This document shows positions 38,886 to 48,302 of a DNA stretch of 64,000 bases, one piece after another. Made by a program: the position numbers and the translations under genes. Origin of the DNA: a virus; the IMG/VR virus record IMGVR_UViG_3300042556_001828, positions 9,373 to 73,372 of that record; one strand, 5' to 3'. A model generated the notes under the pieces. The model made no database searches. It worked only from the letters and a program-made list of their open reading frames with translations, and was not told the DNA's origin. How positions within the stretch are numbered: position 1 is the first letter of the stretch; each line of letters starts with the position of its first letter.

Positions 38886-39317
38886 TTAACCCAAGCCGGC
38901 GAGAATACGCCGCATGCGTTCCGCGTCTTCATAGCTGTCTTGCAGCTGGTCTTCATAAAAGATTGACAGATAGTTCGACTCCGGCTCACCCCACGCCTGC
39001 ACTTGGGCAATGCGGGTAGCGTAGTTCGCCACGACCTGCTGCTCAATCTTGTGGGCGTGCGCCAGAATGTGCTCGACAAACGTAAACGTCGGAAAGGCGT
39101 TGCTATCTAGCGTCGGCTCGCCGCCCAGTCCCCAAATACGATCCTGAAACTGCTGCACGTGCTCCAGCTCGCCTTTGGCGGCATCCGTGAGGAACTCCCG
39201 ATATTCAGCCGCGTGTAGTCCGGTTACAGCACTGGCGTGATACAGGTAGAACTGCAGATGCATCCGTTCGTTCTTCAGGTCTTCGTTCAGCAGTTTCAGG
39301 ATCTCGTGGCGTGCCAT
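38886..39317 (-). CDS. Ferritin/bacterioferritin-like diiron protein
   Basis: LLNEDLKNE...QFYLYH...ELEHV...RIWGLGGEP...IEQQVVANY four-helix pattern. Confidence 0.8.
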   Translation of the reverse strand: MARHEILKLLNEDLKNERMHLQFYLYHASAVTGLHAAEYREFLTDAAKGELEHVQQFQDRIWGLGGEPTLDSNAFPTFTFVEHILAHAHKIEQQVVANYATRIAQVQAWGEPESNYLSIFYEDQLQDSYEDAERMRRILAGLG

Positions 39318-39343
39318 CCGTGCACCTCTCAAAAAGAAGAAAA

Positions 39344-39892
39344 CTATTTCTGGAATGTGTGCGTGAGATACTCGGCTAAACGAACAGCCTGTGGTGTCTC
39401 TTCCGCCACGATCTGGGCGTAGTACATGGCGCCGTAGGTGCGGAACACCATGACGTTATTCACAAGCCAGCCCATATGGTACCCCTGTTTCATAAAAGCA
39501 ACAAGCTGGTCTGTGGCGGCTGTGTCCAAGATATAGTTGCATTCTGCAAACTTTTGTGCCCAGTATTCCCGCGGCTGGCAGTTAATGTGCCCAAACCCGC
39601 CTTGGCCCGGCTGCGCAGCGCTAAAGATCACCGTGGGCGCCACTTTAGTGAGCCGGTCAACAAAGTAGTCAGCTTTGCCCTCAGCCAAGTGCTCGGCCAC
39701 TTCTAGGCACAAGCACACGTCGTACTGGTTAAAGTACGTCTCAAACTCTGGCGAAAAGACATCGCATTTGTCGTACGGGCAATTGTTATCTAAATCCACG
39801 CCCGATGCTTGTGCGCCGGCCTCGTGCAGCGCTTTGACATAGATCCCCGGGCCGCAACCGACGTCGAGAATACGTAGCGAGTTAGCCACCAT
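39344..39892 (-). CDS. Class I SAM-dependent methyltransferase
   Basis: ILDVGCGPG, CLEVAEHL, FSAAQPGQGGFGHINCQ. Confidence 0.9.
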   Translation of the reverse strand: MVANSLRILDVGCGPGIYVKALHEAGAQASGVDLDNNCPYDKCDVFSPEFETYFNQYDVCLCLEVAEHLAEGKADYFVDRLTKVAPTVIFSAAQPGQGGFGHINCQPREYWAQKFAECNYILDTAATDQLVAFMKQGYHMGWLVNNVMVFRTYGAMYYAQIVAEETPQAVRLAEYLTHTFQK

Positions 39893-39936
39893 AAACCCCT
39901 TTTGTGAAATAACTGTACGCCAACTAAAAAATTTGC

Positions 39937-40434
39937 CTATTCCTGTGCCGCCGTCGGATCGTTTGGGGGCACATAAAAAGCGTGTTGCGGTTTACAGAAT
40001 CGCACATACTTTTTGTCAATGACATAAAAATCGCCGTAACGGCCGGCTTTTGAATCCCACAGGCGCTCAATCTTCCAGTGCGGTCGTGTCCAGCCATACA
40101 CAACAGCCGCGCATGTCCCGGCCGTGTTTTCAATGATGTACGCCAGCGGTGCATCTTCTTTGTTGTCGATTTTATATTTCTCGTCAATGATTACAGTGTT
40201 AAACGGATAATCGTCTTTACCCGTGAAGCGGAGTTTTCTTTTTTTGTGCTCTACGCGAGCACACAACATAAAATCGCCGGAGTCGCCGTACTGCATGCGC
40301 ACAGAACTATCGGGCCTGTCGACGTGCGGTGTTGTTTCCGCGTAGAAGCCCATATCACAAAGCTCTTGCACGCGCTGAGCTACAATTGTCCGGCTTGCGT
40401 TGAGGTCGGCGAAAAAGGGTGCGTCAGCTTTCAT
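39937..40434 (-). CDS. Hypothetical protein (possible nuclease-like fold)
   Basis: 165 aa; DSGDF...VEHKKR resembles D...ExK. Confidence 0.6.
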   Translation of the reverse strand: MKADAPFFADLNASRTIVAQRVQELCDMGFYAETTPHVDRPDSSVRMQYGDSGDFMLCARVEHKKRKLRFTGKDDYPFNTVIIDEKYKIDNKEDAPLAYIIENTAGTCAAVVYGWTRPHWKIERLWDSKAGRYGDFYVIDKKYVRFCKPQHAFYVPPNDPTAAQE

Positions 40435-40514
40435 AGCGCGTGGAATCCTTTCGCGTGAGGTGTGGCGCAGTCTACAAACTGGCGACACCCCACGCAAGAG
40501 GAGCGCGGGCGCTA

Positions 40515-41225
40515 TCAGAGCTTTTTCAGCACAGCCGCTACGATGGGATGCCGTACAACGTCATTGTGCGAAAACTGTATGACATCAATGTTCTGGGTGC
40601 CCTTGAGCTTCTCTACGACTTCTTTCAGCGGCGGCGGCGAAAACGGCAAATCACTCTGGTGTAAGTCGCCTGTAATTACCATCTTCGTATTTTGCCCAAA
40701 CCGGCTCAACAGCAGCTTCAACTGCATGTACGTGGCGTTCTGGGCTTCGTCGAAGATACACACGGCGTCGTTGAATGTTCTGCCGCGCATGTAGCATAGG
40801 GGTGCTAGCACGATAGCTTTGTTGACGAACTCGCGTTTGGCATTGTATTTGCCCAGCAGCGTGTCCATCGTGTCGTACAGCGGCTGCATGTACGGGTTGA
40901 CTTTCTCGCCGAATGAGCCCGGGAGAAACCCAAGCTTTTCACCGGCGTCTACGATGGGCCGGGTAAGAATGATCTGGCTTCTACGCTTCGACAAGATCTC
41001 ATTGATAGCATAGGCCATCGCCAAGAACGTCTTGCCAGAACCGGCCGAGCCCAAGAGAAAACTAATGTCGTTCTTTTGCAGCGTATTCCACGCGTGTTTC
41101 TGACTTTCCGTGCGCCACTCGATGTCACAGGGCTGCAGGGCTGCTTTCTCTTTCTCTAGTTGGTCTTGTTTTCGCTTGGCTTTCTTTTCGGCACTTCGGG
41201 ACACTCTCACGGGCTTTTTGCGCAT
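40515..41225 (-). CDS. phoH: PhoH-family ATPase
   Basis: GSAGSGKT, TRP, LGFLPG, YMRGRTF, DEAQN, GDLHQSD, DVVRHP. Confidence 0.95.
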   Translation of the reverse strand: MRKKPVRVSRSAEKKAKRKQDQLEKEKAALQPCDIEWRTESQKHAWNTLQKNDISFLLGSAGSGKTFLAMAYAINEILSKRRSQIILTRPIVDAGEKLGFLPGSFGEKVNPYMQPLYDTMDTLLGKYNAKREFVNKAIVLAPLCYMRGRTFNDAVCIFDEAQNATYMQLKLLLSRFGQNTKMVITGDLHQSDLPFSPPPLKEVVEKLKGTQNIDVIQFSHNDVVRHPIVAAVLKKL

Positions 41226-41278
41226 AGACGTAACCGCCTTCCTTGGCTTGATGTAAGTCGCGTGGCGTGAGCAGAGAT

Positions 41279-42736
41279 TTAGTTATTTGTATTCGTCTGC
41301 GTCGCTCCTGCGTCCTCGGGCTTCGGGCTGTTTGTGCTCTTCTGCTTGTCGTCCACCACCTTCGTCTCGCCGCGGCTCGACGCTGTCTCGGTCATCGTGG
41401 TCTGGCCACAGCTGGCCTTGGCGGCCTTCTCCGCCTCTTTCTTTTTTTTCTTATCGCCTCCAGCCGGCCGGCACGAGTCGTTGCTGTACGGCTTCTTGCC
41501 CGGCACCGGCTCATAGCCAGCCCAGCAGCGCGCGGACTTTGTGATCAGCTGCTGCATAGCGAACTTGTGAAGTAAATTCTGAATCACAGAACCGGCTTTA
41601 TTTTGCATGGGGAATTCTCCGTAAGCGTTATGTAACATGTTTGCGGATAAGTCTTCGAACGAGTTTCCACCCGGCAGCATTAGTTCGCCGTTCGGGCCTT
41701 TCTTGAGATACTGCTGCAGCGCCGGATCTTTTTGCATCGTGGCTAGAATCTGGTTTTCGCGATATTTGTTTGCCCACGTACCGCCCTGCTGCCGGGCTTT
41801 GAACATGGCGCTCAAAACGCCGCTGTGTTCTTTGTCTTTTTCCTGCAGTGTTTTGATAGCAGCTTGTTGGGCCTGATTACGCAGATAGGCCGGGTCGCTG
41901 ATCTCTTGGTGTTTTGCAGCCAGCTGGTCGTACATCTGGCCAGCAGCTTCAGCTGTCTGTGGCGCGCCTTCGCCCGGTAAGCCCATGAGCATCGTCGTGC
42001 CCACATCGCGGCCCATGCCCGTCAGCGTGCCAAGCTGGCCTTTGTATTTGTCGATCTCCGCTTGACCAGCCGCCCAGCCGCCTGCTTGGCCCTGTTCGTT
42101 CTTGGCGTCCATGAGCGACTGCACTGCTGAGCCGCCGCCCCCATTTAAAGCGCCTGTAACGCTCTGCGCTGTGGGTACGTCTTGGCCAAAGAAACCAGCC
42201 ACGTTCATCGCGCCTTGGCCGACCATACGGCGCGCGTCGTCGCCAAATAAGCCCATACCGGCGCCAGCCAAGCCAGCGGCGCCCAAGCCCAGTGCGCCCA
42301 CGCCAGTACCCAAGCCGCCGCCCTGCATCATGCCGAGCGCGCCAAGGCCCAAACCACCACCCACGGTCCATTTGGCGGCGTTGGGCATGTTGTTCCAGTT
42401 CTGCGCGACACCACTAAATGCGTCGCCCACTTGTTTGCCGAAGTTTTGCGCTTGGCTGTAAATGCCGTTGTTATTGGGCGGCACTTGTAAACCACCGGGC
42501 TGCCCAATCGTCGGCGCTGGCTTTAGGCCGCCGGGCGCACCAGCATTTGGAGCGGGTTGTGCGCCGCCGAGCTGACCTGCGTTGCCGGGCCTGATGGCGA
42601 GCTTATCGGCAGCGAGTGGCGCAGCTGTCGCGCCCGCAGCAGGCGCTGGCGCTGTTCCGGGCTGTGCCGGGTTAATATCGGCGTACTTCATGTACGCCAG
42701 CTGCAACGCGCTATTTACGGCTGCCGGTGTCGTCAT
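41279..42736 (-). CDS. Gly-rich K-x-A polyprotein-like virion protein
   Basis: 485 aa; MKYA, HKFA, TKSA, EKAA; Gly zipper; CWAGYEPVPGKKPYSNDSC minidomain. Confidence 0.7.
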   Translation of the reverse strand: MTTPAAVNSALQLAYMKYADINPAQPGTAPAPAAGATAAPLAADKLAIRPGNAGQLGGAQPAPNAGAPGGLKPAPTIGQPGGLQVPPNNNGIYSQAQNFGKQVGDAFSGVAQNWNNMPNAAKWTVGGGLGLGALGMMQGGGLGTGVGALGLGAAGLAGAGMGLFGDDARRMVGQGAMNVAGFFGQDVPTAQSVTGALNGGGGSAVQSLMDAKNEQGQAGGWAAGQAEIDKYKGQLGTLTGMGRDVGTTMLMGLPGEGAPQTAEAAGQMYDQLAAKHQEISDPAYLRNQAQQAAIKTLQEKDKEHSGVLSAMFKARQQGGTWANKYRENQILATMQKDPALQQYLKKGPNGELMLPGGNSFEDLSANMLHNAYGEFPMQNKAGSVIQNLLHKFAMQQLITKSARCWAGYEPVPGKKPYSNDSCRPAGGDKKKKKEAEKAAKASCGQTTMTETASSRGETKVVDDKQKSTNSPKPEDAGATQTNTNN

Positions 42737-43130
42737 CGTCTACATCCTCTGGCTCCGGCTGGCCGGCACCTACGACGTCTTTTTCGTTGTGGTGCGTGCT
42801 CAGCTCCAGTACGCGCGACTCTTCGAGGCCCTGAAACTTATGCTGCATACCGGGAGGAATATGAAACGCCATGTCGGCTGTCATGGTCAAAGTAGCCGCA
42901 TGGGACTCATCGTCGTCCCACCCATATGTTAGCAAAACCTTGCCGCTCTCTACGTATAGCACTTTGTCTTTTACGCGATGATGCACCCACTCACTGGTTT
43001 TGCCGCGCTTAATAACAAGCTTTTTGCCGCAATATCTGCCGTTCCAGAGCCAGTCTTCGCTGCCCCAGTCTTTTTCGACGTACACTCGTTGCTCAGCATT
43101 CAAGACAAACTTGCGCGACGCTTCAGCCAT
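42711..43130 (-). CDS. Cupin (mannose-6-phosphate isomerase-like) protein
   Basis: VEKDWGSE, YCGKKL, HHRVKD, HIPPGMQH. Confidence 0.8.
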   Translation of the reverse strand: MAEASRKFVLNAEQRVYVEKDWGSEDWLWNGRYCGKKLVIKRGKTSEWVHHRVKDKVLYVESGKVLLTYGWDDDESHAATLTMTADMAFHIPPGMQHKFQGLEESRVLELSTHHNEKDVVGAGQPEPEDVDDDDTGSRK

Positions 43131-43276
43131 GGGTATCTGTTCCTTCGTCGGGATATATACACCGCCCGCCTTCACAACATGTCTCTAGGATCATGTGGCA
43201 GCGGGGACAGATAAGTTTACCGCGGATTTCAATCGCGGCTACAGCACACAGCGGGCACATACGCGGCTAGTTTCAA

Positions 43277-43972
43277 TCACTGCGGCGTTGCCATGCCGCT
43301 GCCGATAAGCTTGGCGGCAGACGCGGCATTGTTGGTCGTGCCGTAGGCTTTTTGCGCTGTATTGGCCGCGTTCATTACGGGCTTGAGCGTTGTTGGCACA
43401 CGGGCCGCAGCCCCGGCTGCCGCCTGTGTCGCCTGCAACGGCTTCAGTACTTGACCCACGCCGCCAATCGCTGCCGCCGGGGCAATCGTGGCCGCGGTAT
43501 CGACAATGTTGAATGCCCGGTCAGAAAAGTCCCGGGCCCCTTGAGAGACGCCCGGCTGCTGCTCTACGGTTTTCCACGCGGCATCGCCTGCACTGCCAGC
43601 CTGATGCGTGCCGGCTAAACCCTGCGCGCCCAGCCCCAGCGAGTTTGCAAGATCTTGGCCATACCCACGCGCAACATTCGCGTAATTCCCCGCGGTGCCC
43701 GCCACGGTATTAACAGCCTCGTTCGAAAAAGGCTGTTGCCCCACGAGTGACCCGGCCGCGTTGCCAATCAGCATGCCACCCGCGCCAATACCAGCGCCAG
43801 CAGCACCCAGCCCTGCGCCTACGGCACCAGTCATGCCCTTGAACGTCCGCGCGCCGTTGTTCCACATCTGGCTGCCCAGCGTTGATGCGTTGTCCAGCAC
43901 GCCTGCGGATTTCATACGGCCGCCCAACTGCTGTCCAAATTCATATGGCGTCATGGTCATGATTTCAGGCAC
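43277..43972 (-). CDS. Gly/Ala-rich K-x-A protein
   Basis: MTPYEFGQQLGGRMKSAG; glycine zipper. Confidence 0.65.
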   Translation of the reverse strand: MPEIMTMTPYEFGQQLGGRMKSAGVLDNASTLGSQMWNNGARTFKGMTGAVGAGLGAAGAGIGAGGMLIGNAAGSLVGQQPFSNEAVNTVAGTAGNYANVARGYGQDLANSLGLGAQGLAGTHQAGSAGDAAWKTVEQQPGVSQGARDFSDRAFNIVDTAATIAPAAAIGGVGQVLKPLQATQAAAGAAARVPTTLKPVMNAANTAQKAYGTTNNAASAAKLIGSGMATPQ

Positions 43973-44307
43973 TTTCGTTTCTGGCAGGCTTTTCTATAGT
44001 CCGCAACCATTTTGCGGACGTCCTTATTGTAGCACTTGAAGTTCATAAAGTGCCCGAACACGATATGGCACGGCTGGGCGCATAATGTTATCAAATTCGT
44101 TTCGCTGAGTTCTTTATCCGCGTCGAAACTTACTGGAATGATGTGGTGCACGATTAAATTCTCGCGCCGGCCGCAGGCCATGCACTGGGGCTCTAGTTCT
44201 AGGTGCTTGGCCCGGATTGCGTGCCATTGGCTGGCGCGCTGGCGCATCGCTAAGAGCTTGCGGGGACGCCACGAGACAGGCAGCAAGTTGAGTAAGAATT
44301 CAAGCAT
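43957..44307 (-). CDS. HNH endonuclease
   Basis: CMACG...VHHIIP...NLITLC...CHIVFGH. Confidence 0.85.
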   Translation of the reverse strand: MLEFLLNLLPVSWRPRKLLAMRQRASQWHAIRAKHLELEPQCMACGRRENLIVHHIIPVSFDADKELSETNLITLCAQPCHIVFGHFMNFKCYNKDVRKMVADYRKACQKRKCLKS

Positions 44308-44848
44308 GGTGATCATCGTCCCAGCCACGAAACACCACGGAATACCGCTGCGCTTGTACGGGCAAAATTTCGTGCGTCCATGTGAACCGAATGTCGTCGC
44401 GTATTTGGACGACACTGCGCGGCGGCAACACGACAGCGTGCGATTCAGCTGGATCTTTGCGTTTAAATACCATTGTGGCGGGCGAGCCCAGACTGAGTAC
44501 GGTGATGACTTTGCCGGCGCTGGGCGCGTCAATGTGGGCCCGAATGACATCCCCGGGCCTGTATTCGTTGACTGTGATGCTCAGCGGCGGCGTAGAGAGT
44601 AATTCCAGCGCGCACAGCCGGGCGCCCAGCGCAACAAAGTGCTCAGGAATAGTGGCGGAAACAAGGTGGTTGCTGTACACCCGCGGATCGCCGTAGCGCT
44701 GAATCGTGCTGCGCCCCGCTGTGTCTTTGTAGCCAAACTGGACGGGCGCCAGTAGTTTGGGCACGAGCGCCAGCTCTTCGCTCGCTGTAATAAACTCGCC
44801 GTAGAGAGACAAGCCAATGTGCTCAAGCCCTGTCGCGATTTGTTCCAT
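44300..44848 (-). CDS. AlkB-family 2OG-Fe(II) dioxygenase
   Basis: VNEY, HID, LSLGS, HEI, RYSVVFR. Confidence 0.85.
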   Translation of the reverse strand: MEQIATGLEHIGLSLYGEFITASEELALVPKLLAPVQFGYKDTAGRSTIQRYGDPRVYSNHLVSATIPEHFVALGARLCALELLSTPPLSITVNEYRPGDVIRAHIDAPSAGKVITVLSLGSPATMVFKRKDPAESHAVVLPPRSVVQIRDDIRFTWTHEILPVQAQRYSVVFRGWDDDHHA

Positions 44849-44981
44849 GCTGCGCGCCTATTTCCTTGCTGCCCGCTTTGTGCTTGGGCACATACGGGCA
44901 GTTTTTGCATTTGTTTCCGCAACACCTGCCGTATTGAAGAAGAACATCCCGGGACATGGGCTGTGGCTTCGGCTGGCTCAC
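44823..44981 (-). CDS. Small Cys-rich protein (CCGNKCKNCPY)
   Basis: Hand-translated MSQPKPQPMSRDVLLQYGRCCGNKCKNCPYVPK...; GTGA overlap with the upstream stop; below the ORF-track cutoff. Confidence 0.6.
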   Translation of the reverse strand: MSQPKPQPMSRDVLLQYGRCCGNKCKNCPYVPKHKAGSKEIGAQHGTNRDRA

Positions 44982-45328
44982 AGCACGGTCATGTTGGTAA
45001 ACGCGCGCTCATACGCGGCATAGATCTCCGCATAGGCGACGCCCCACGCCGCGTCATGGGCGAGCTTATTAAATGCCGCGTCGTCGGCGGCGCTGTCGAG
45101 CATGTGGTTCCATGCCCGCGCGTGCGCCCACTCGTGGATGAGCACGTCCATGGCGCGGGATTCACACAGGGCGCTGTCGATCTGGATATGGAACTTCTTG
45201 CCCTGTTTCCAGCACCGACCCTCTAGCTTAGAGAGCTGTATACGCCGCACGCTCACAGGAAATGCCACGGGGCAGTCCTTTTTGAGCATCCGCAAAAGCG
45301 CCTGATACATCTTGAATCTAGCCGCCAT
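44978..45328 (-). CDS. SprT-like/zincin metallopeptidase
   Basis: LIHEWAHA...HDAAWG. Confidence 0.75.
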   Translation of the reverse strand: MAARFKMYQALLRMLKKDCPVAFPVSVRRIQLSKLEGRCWKQGKKFHIQIDSALCESRAMDVLIHEWAHARAWNHMLDSAADDAAFNKLAHDAAWGVAYAEIYAAYERAFTNMTVL

Positions 45329-45370
45329 GCTCAAGCTCCTGTGTAGGCGTCCATGCCACAACAGGCTTGA

Positions 45371-47350
45371 TTATAACGCAGGCGCAGAATATTCGCCGCA
45401 GGTAAAACTGGCGCTAACTTTCTCGGCTAATTGGGCGGGATTTTCTTTATGCCGGCTGCCGATTTCACGCAATAAGTTCCTGAACTCTTCGTTGAGTTTC
45501 TCTTTCTCGGCGGTAAGTCTTTCTAGGACTTCGTCGCCCGTACGCTCGCGCTTGTAGCCCATGAGCTTGCCCAACAGACTGGGTTCTTCAGAGCTAGAGA
45601 TATACCGCTGCACCGCTACGTTTTTGAGTTCCTCTGGTAAGCCAGCGTGGGAGTCAAAGCGCAGGCCTCTACCACGCGCCTGCTGCGTCCGGGCTTCGTT
45701 CCAGTGCGGGTCCATGAGCTGAATTAAGCTCGTGCCCTTGGTGGAAATACCCTCGGCGCCGGCAGGGCCAATGAGTAACGCCCTGAGCTTGCCGGCGTTG
45801 TAGGCATCGACGGCTGCTTGGCGCACCTTGGGAGAAACACCGCCGTGGAAGAACGCATGGGGCACGCCAGCCTGTGTTAAGCCAGCAGCGTAGGGGCCCA
45901 AGCCAGAATCCACAAAGTTGGAATAGATAATAGCTTTCTTGCGCTCATCTGAGTCCAGCGTGCTCTTGAGGTTCTTGAACGCCTCCTGCATCTTGGCTGA
46001 CTGCTGGAACGCTTTGAGGGGATCTCTATCGGCCCGAAATGGCTGCGTGGATAAACCCACTTGGCGTAGGCCCGTCATAAAGCTATTTAATTTAGCTAGT
46101 TCCTGCCGAGATAGCGGGAACTCTTTATCTAGCTTCCACAAAAACCCCGGCGGAACTTTCGTGCGCACAGCTTTCTGGATGCGCTGCTGCTCTGCAGAAA
46201 GTGGTACCCGTATAGTCTGCTCGTTGATATTCACGCCCTCGGGAGTCTTGCTGGGCTGATAATCTACTTTGCCCTCCAGCAAACTCCTGAGCTTGGGGCC
46301 ATTTCTAATAATGGGCTTCATGCCCGGTGTCGCGCCATGCAGCCAGCCCCAGAGTCCCGGCCAGACTTTCTTGTAGCCCACGTACTCTTTCTCAAACTGG
46401 TCAGGCGTGATCTCCTGCTTGTTGAGCATCGAGACAATGCTGGCCAGATCTTTGGGCTCATTGGTAATGGGCGTGCCAGTTAATAACATTAACCGGTCCG
46501 CGTTTTGGGCGGCCTGAAAAGCAGCGCGCGTACTGGCCGCGTCTGGATTGCGCAATCTGGCTGCTTCGTCCATGACCAGTGTCTCGGGCTGGTCTTTGAA
46601 CTGCTTGCCCATGCCCAGCCCCGTGTAGCTCATGATCTCGGGCTGGCTGTCGGTGAATTTCTTCACTTCTTTCTGGAAGTTCCCCCTAAGACTAGCCGGG
46701 GCCACAATGCCGTAGCTCCCGCCGTGCTGCCTCTGGGCCGCTTCAGCCGCTGCAAGGGCTGAGAGACTCTTCCCAGAGCCCAGCCCGTGATAGACGAGCA
46801 TACGGGGGTTCTCGCCAGTCACGCGGTCTGAGATGCGCTGCTGGTGGTCTTGCAGCTGGATGCCGGGAAGTAAGTCAGCTTGTTTACCCAAGCCTTGCAC
46901 GTATTTCTGCATGGCTTTGCGCTGATACGCGTCGAGCATCTCAGCCGTGGCGCCCGATTGCTCTGCCGGTACGAGCTTGCTGGGGTCGATTCCCCAGTTG
47001 CGCAGCGCCCAGCCACGTCGTGGCGTGGGATTATTAACAAAGGGGCCGCCGTGCCGCGCTTTGAAGCTTGCCCAGCGCTTGATCTGGCGTTCGTCTTCGT
47101 CTGGGATACGCCGGCCGCCTGAGTAGCGCTTGTACCACTGCGCCCAGCCCTTGGGATCGTGCTCTGACACCCATTCGGGCTTCCATGCGCCCAAGCTAGC
47201 GAGTCTGGGGCCTTGATTACGGTATAGCGCGTCGTACACGCCCAAGTTCTCAAGCTGCTCTGGTGTGTAGTCAGGGGTAAAGTCTACAGCGTGCTTTGCC
47301 CACGCCTTGCCCGCGGCGCTCGCAATGATATCTGTATCGAGGTCGGGCAT
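45371..47350 (-). CDS. SNF2/SF2 helicase with an extra N-terminal domain
   Basis: HGLGSGKS, DEAA, LTGTP, EGIS, QARGRGLR; N-domain DPKGWAQWYKRY...RQIKRW; domains bounded by AKHA and GKQA. Confidence 0.9.
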   Translation of the reverse strand: MPDLDTDIIASAAGKAWAKHAVDFTPDYTPEQLENLGVYDALYRNQGPRLASLGAWKPEWVSEHDPKGWAQWYKRYSGGRRIPDEDERQIKRWASFKARHGGPFVNNPTPRRGWALRNWGIDPSKLVPAEQSGATAEMLDAYQRKAMQKYVQGLGKQADLLPGIQLQDHQQRISDRVTGENPRMLVYHGLGSGKSLSALAAAEAAQRQHGGSYGIVAPASLRGNFQKEVKKFTDSQPEIMSYTGLGMGKQFKDQPETLVMDEAARLRNPDAASTRAAFQAAQNADRLMLLTGTPITNEPKDLASIVSMLNKQEITPDQFEKEYVGYKKVWPGLWGWLHGATPGMKPIIRNGPKLRSLLEGKVDYQPSKTPEGVNINEQTIRVPLSAEQQRIQKAVRTKVPPGFLWKLDKEFPLSRQELAKLNSFMTGLRQVGLSTQPFRADRDPLKAFQQSAKMQEAFKNLKSTLDSDERKKAIIYSNFVDSGLGPYAAGLTQAGVPHAFFHGGVSPKVRQAAVDAYNAGKLRALLIGPAGAEGISTKGTSLIQLMDPHWNEARTQQARGRGLRFDSHAGLPEELKNVAVQRYISSSEEPSLLGKLMGYKRERTGDEVLERLTAEKEKLNEEFRNLLREIGSRHKENPAQLAEKVSASFTCGEYSAPAL

Positions 47351-47416
47351 GGCTACTTTTCCACACTACACGCAGGTTGCACCCTACACCGGCGCAGTGT
47401 AGTGGGCAAAACTAGT

Positions 47417-48259
47417 TTACTGCACGGCATCGAGGATAGGCGTCTGGCCCTCTGTGGCCCGTGCGCGTTGGGCTCGTTCGTACTGCTCGATCTGTGATTC
47501 TACCCAATCGGCGTATAAACTCACACGGGTATGGGCCGACTCGTCTGTGTACGTCCCGTTGGGCTTGCCGTCGACAGCCATAAGAAACGAGTGGATTCCT
47601 GCGAGTTTGTTCTCGATGAATAAGCCGCCGCCAGAATCCCCCGGGGTAATTAAGAACTCCAGCGCTGTTTTGTTATCTTTGCTCGGGTCGCACACTAACA
47701 CAGAGCGCTCTAGGCTTGAAATCTTGTTACTTCCAGCCCTGCGCTTGCCGTCTTGCTCGGTCATGCCTGTATGAAAAGTCCCGAAAAAGCCAAACCCAGC
47801 CAGCGTAACAGGCTTGCCCAGCTCATCGGTGTCGGTGTTTAGCTCTGGGTAAAAGTCCAACCCTAGGTCTTTCTCGGAGTAGCCCAGCGCGATGTCGTAA
47901 TAGCCGTTTTTGCCGTGATCAAACAGCGGGTGCGAGATCGTATGCACAAGCGGGTATTCGACGGGCTTTTCTTCGTCGCCCAAGATCGTGGGCTTTTCGA
48001 CGCCCTCCAGCACATGCGCTGCGGTGAGAACCCAGTGCGGCCTGATCAAGACAGCCGACGCGTACCAGTGCACCACAGAATCAGGCGTGGGCTTCTCTAG
48101 GCCCTGCGCCCGAATTCGCTTCACAAACGGAAACTTCTTGCCGAACGCGACGTACTTGCTGTCGGGCGTGTCAGGATCCCGTGTGCCGGCAAGAGTTGCT
48201 GCGTCAGACAGCACTAAAACAAACCACAGGAGGAAGATGAACCATTGGCGTGCGTCCAT
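47417..48259 (-). CDS. Secreted trypsin-like serine protease
   Basis: Signal peptide; LTAAH, YDIAL, GDSGG triad. Confidence 0.92.
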   Translation of the reverse strand: MDARQWFIFLLWFVLVLSDAATLAGTRDPDTPDSKYVAFGKKFPFVKRIRAQGLEKPTPDSVVHWYASAVLIRPHWVLTAAHVLEGVEKPTILGDEEKPVEYPLVHTISHPLFDHGKNGYYDIALGYSEKDLGLDFYPELNTDTDELGKPVTLAGFGFFGTFHTGMTEQDGKRRAGSNKISSLERSVLVCDPSKDNKTALEFLITPGDSGGGLFIENKLAGIHSFLMAVDGKPNGTYTDESAHTRVSLYADWVESQIEQYERAQRARATEGQTPILDAVQ

Positions 48260-48302
48260 GCTCGCCTCCGTGGTTAATGTTTTAGTTGGCTACATAAAAC
48301 GC

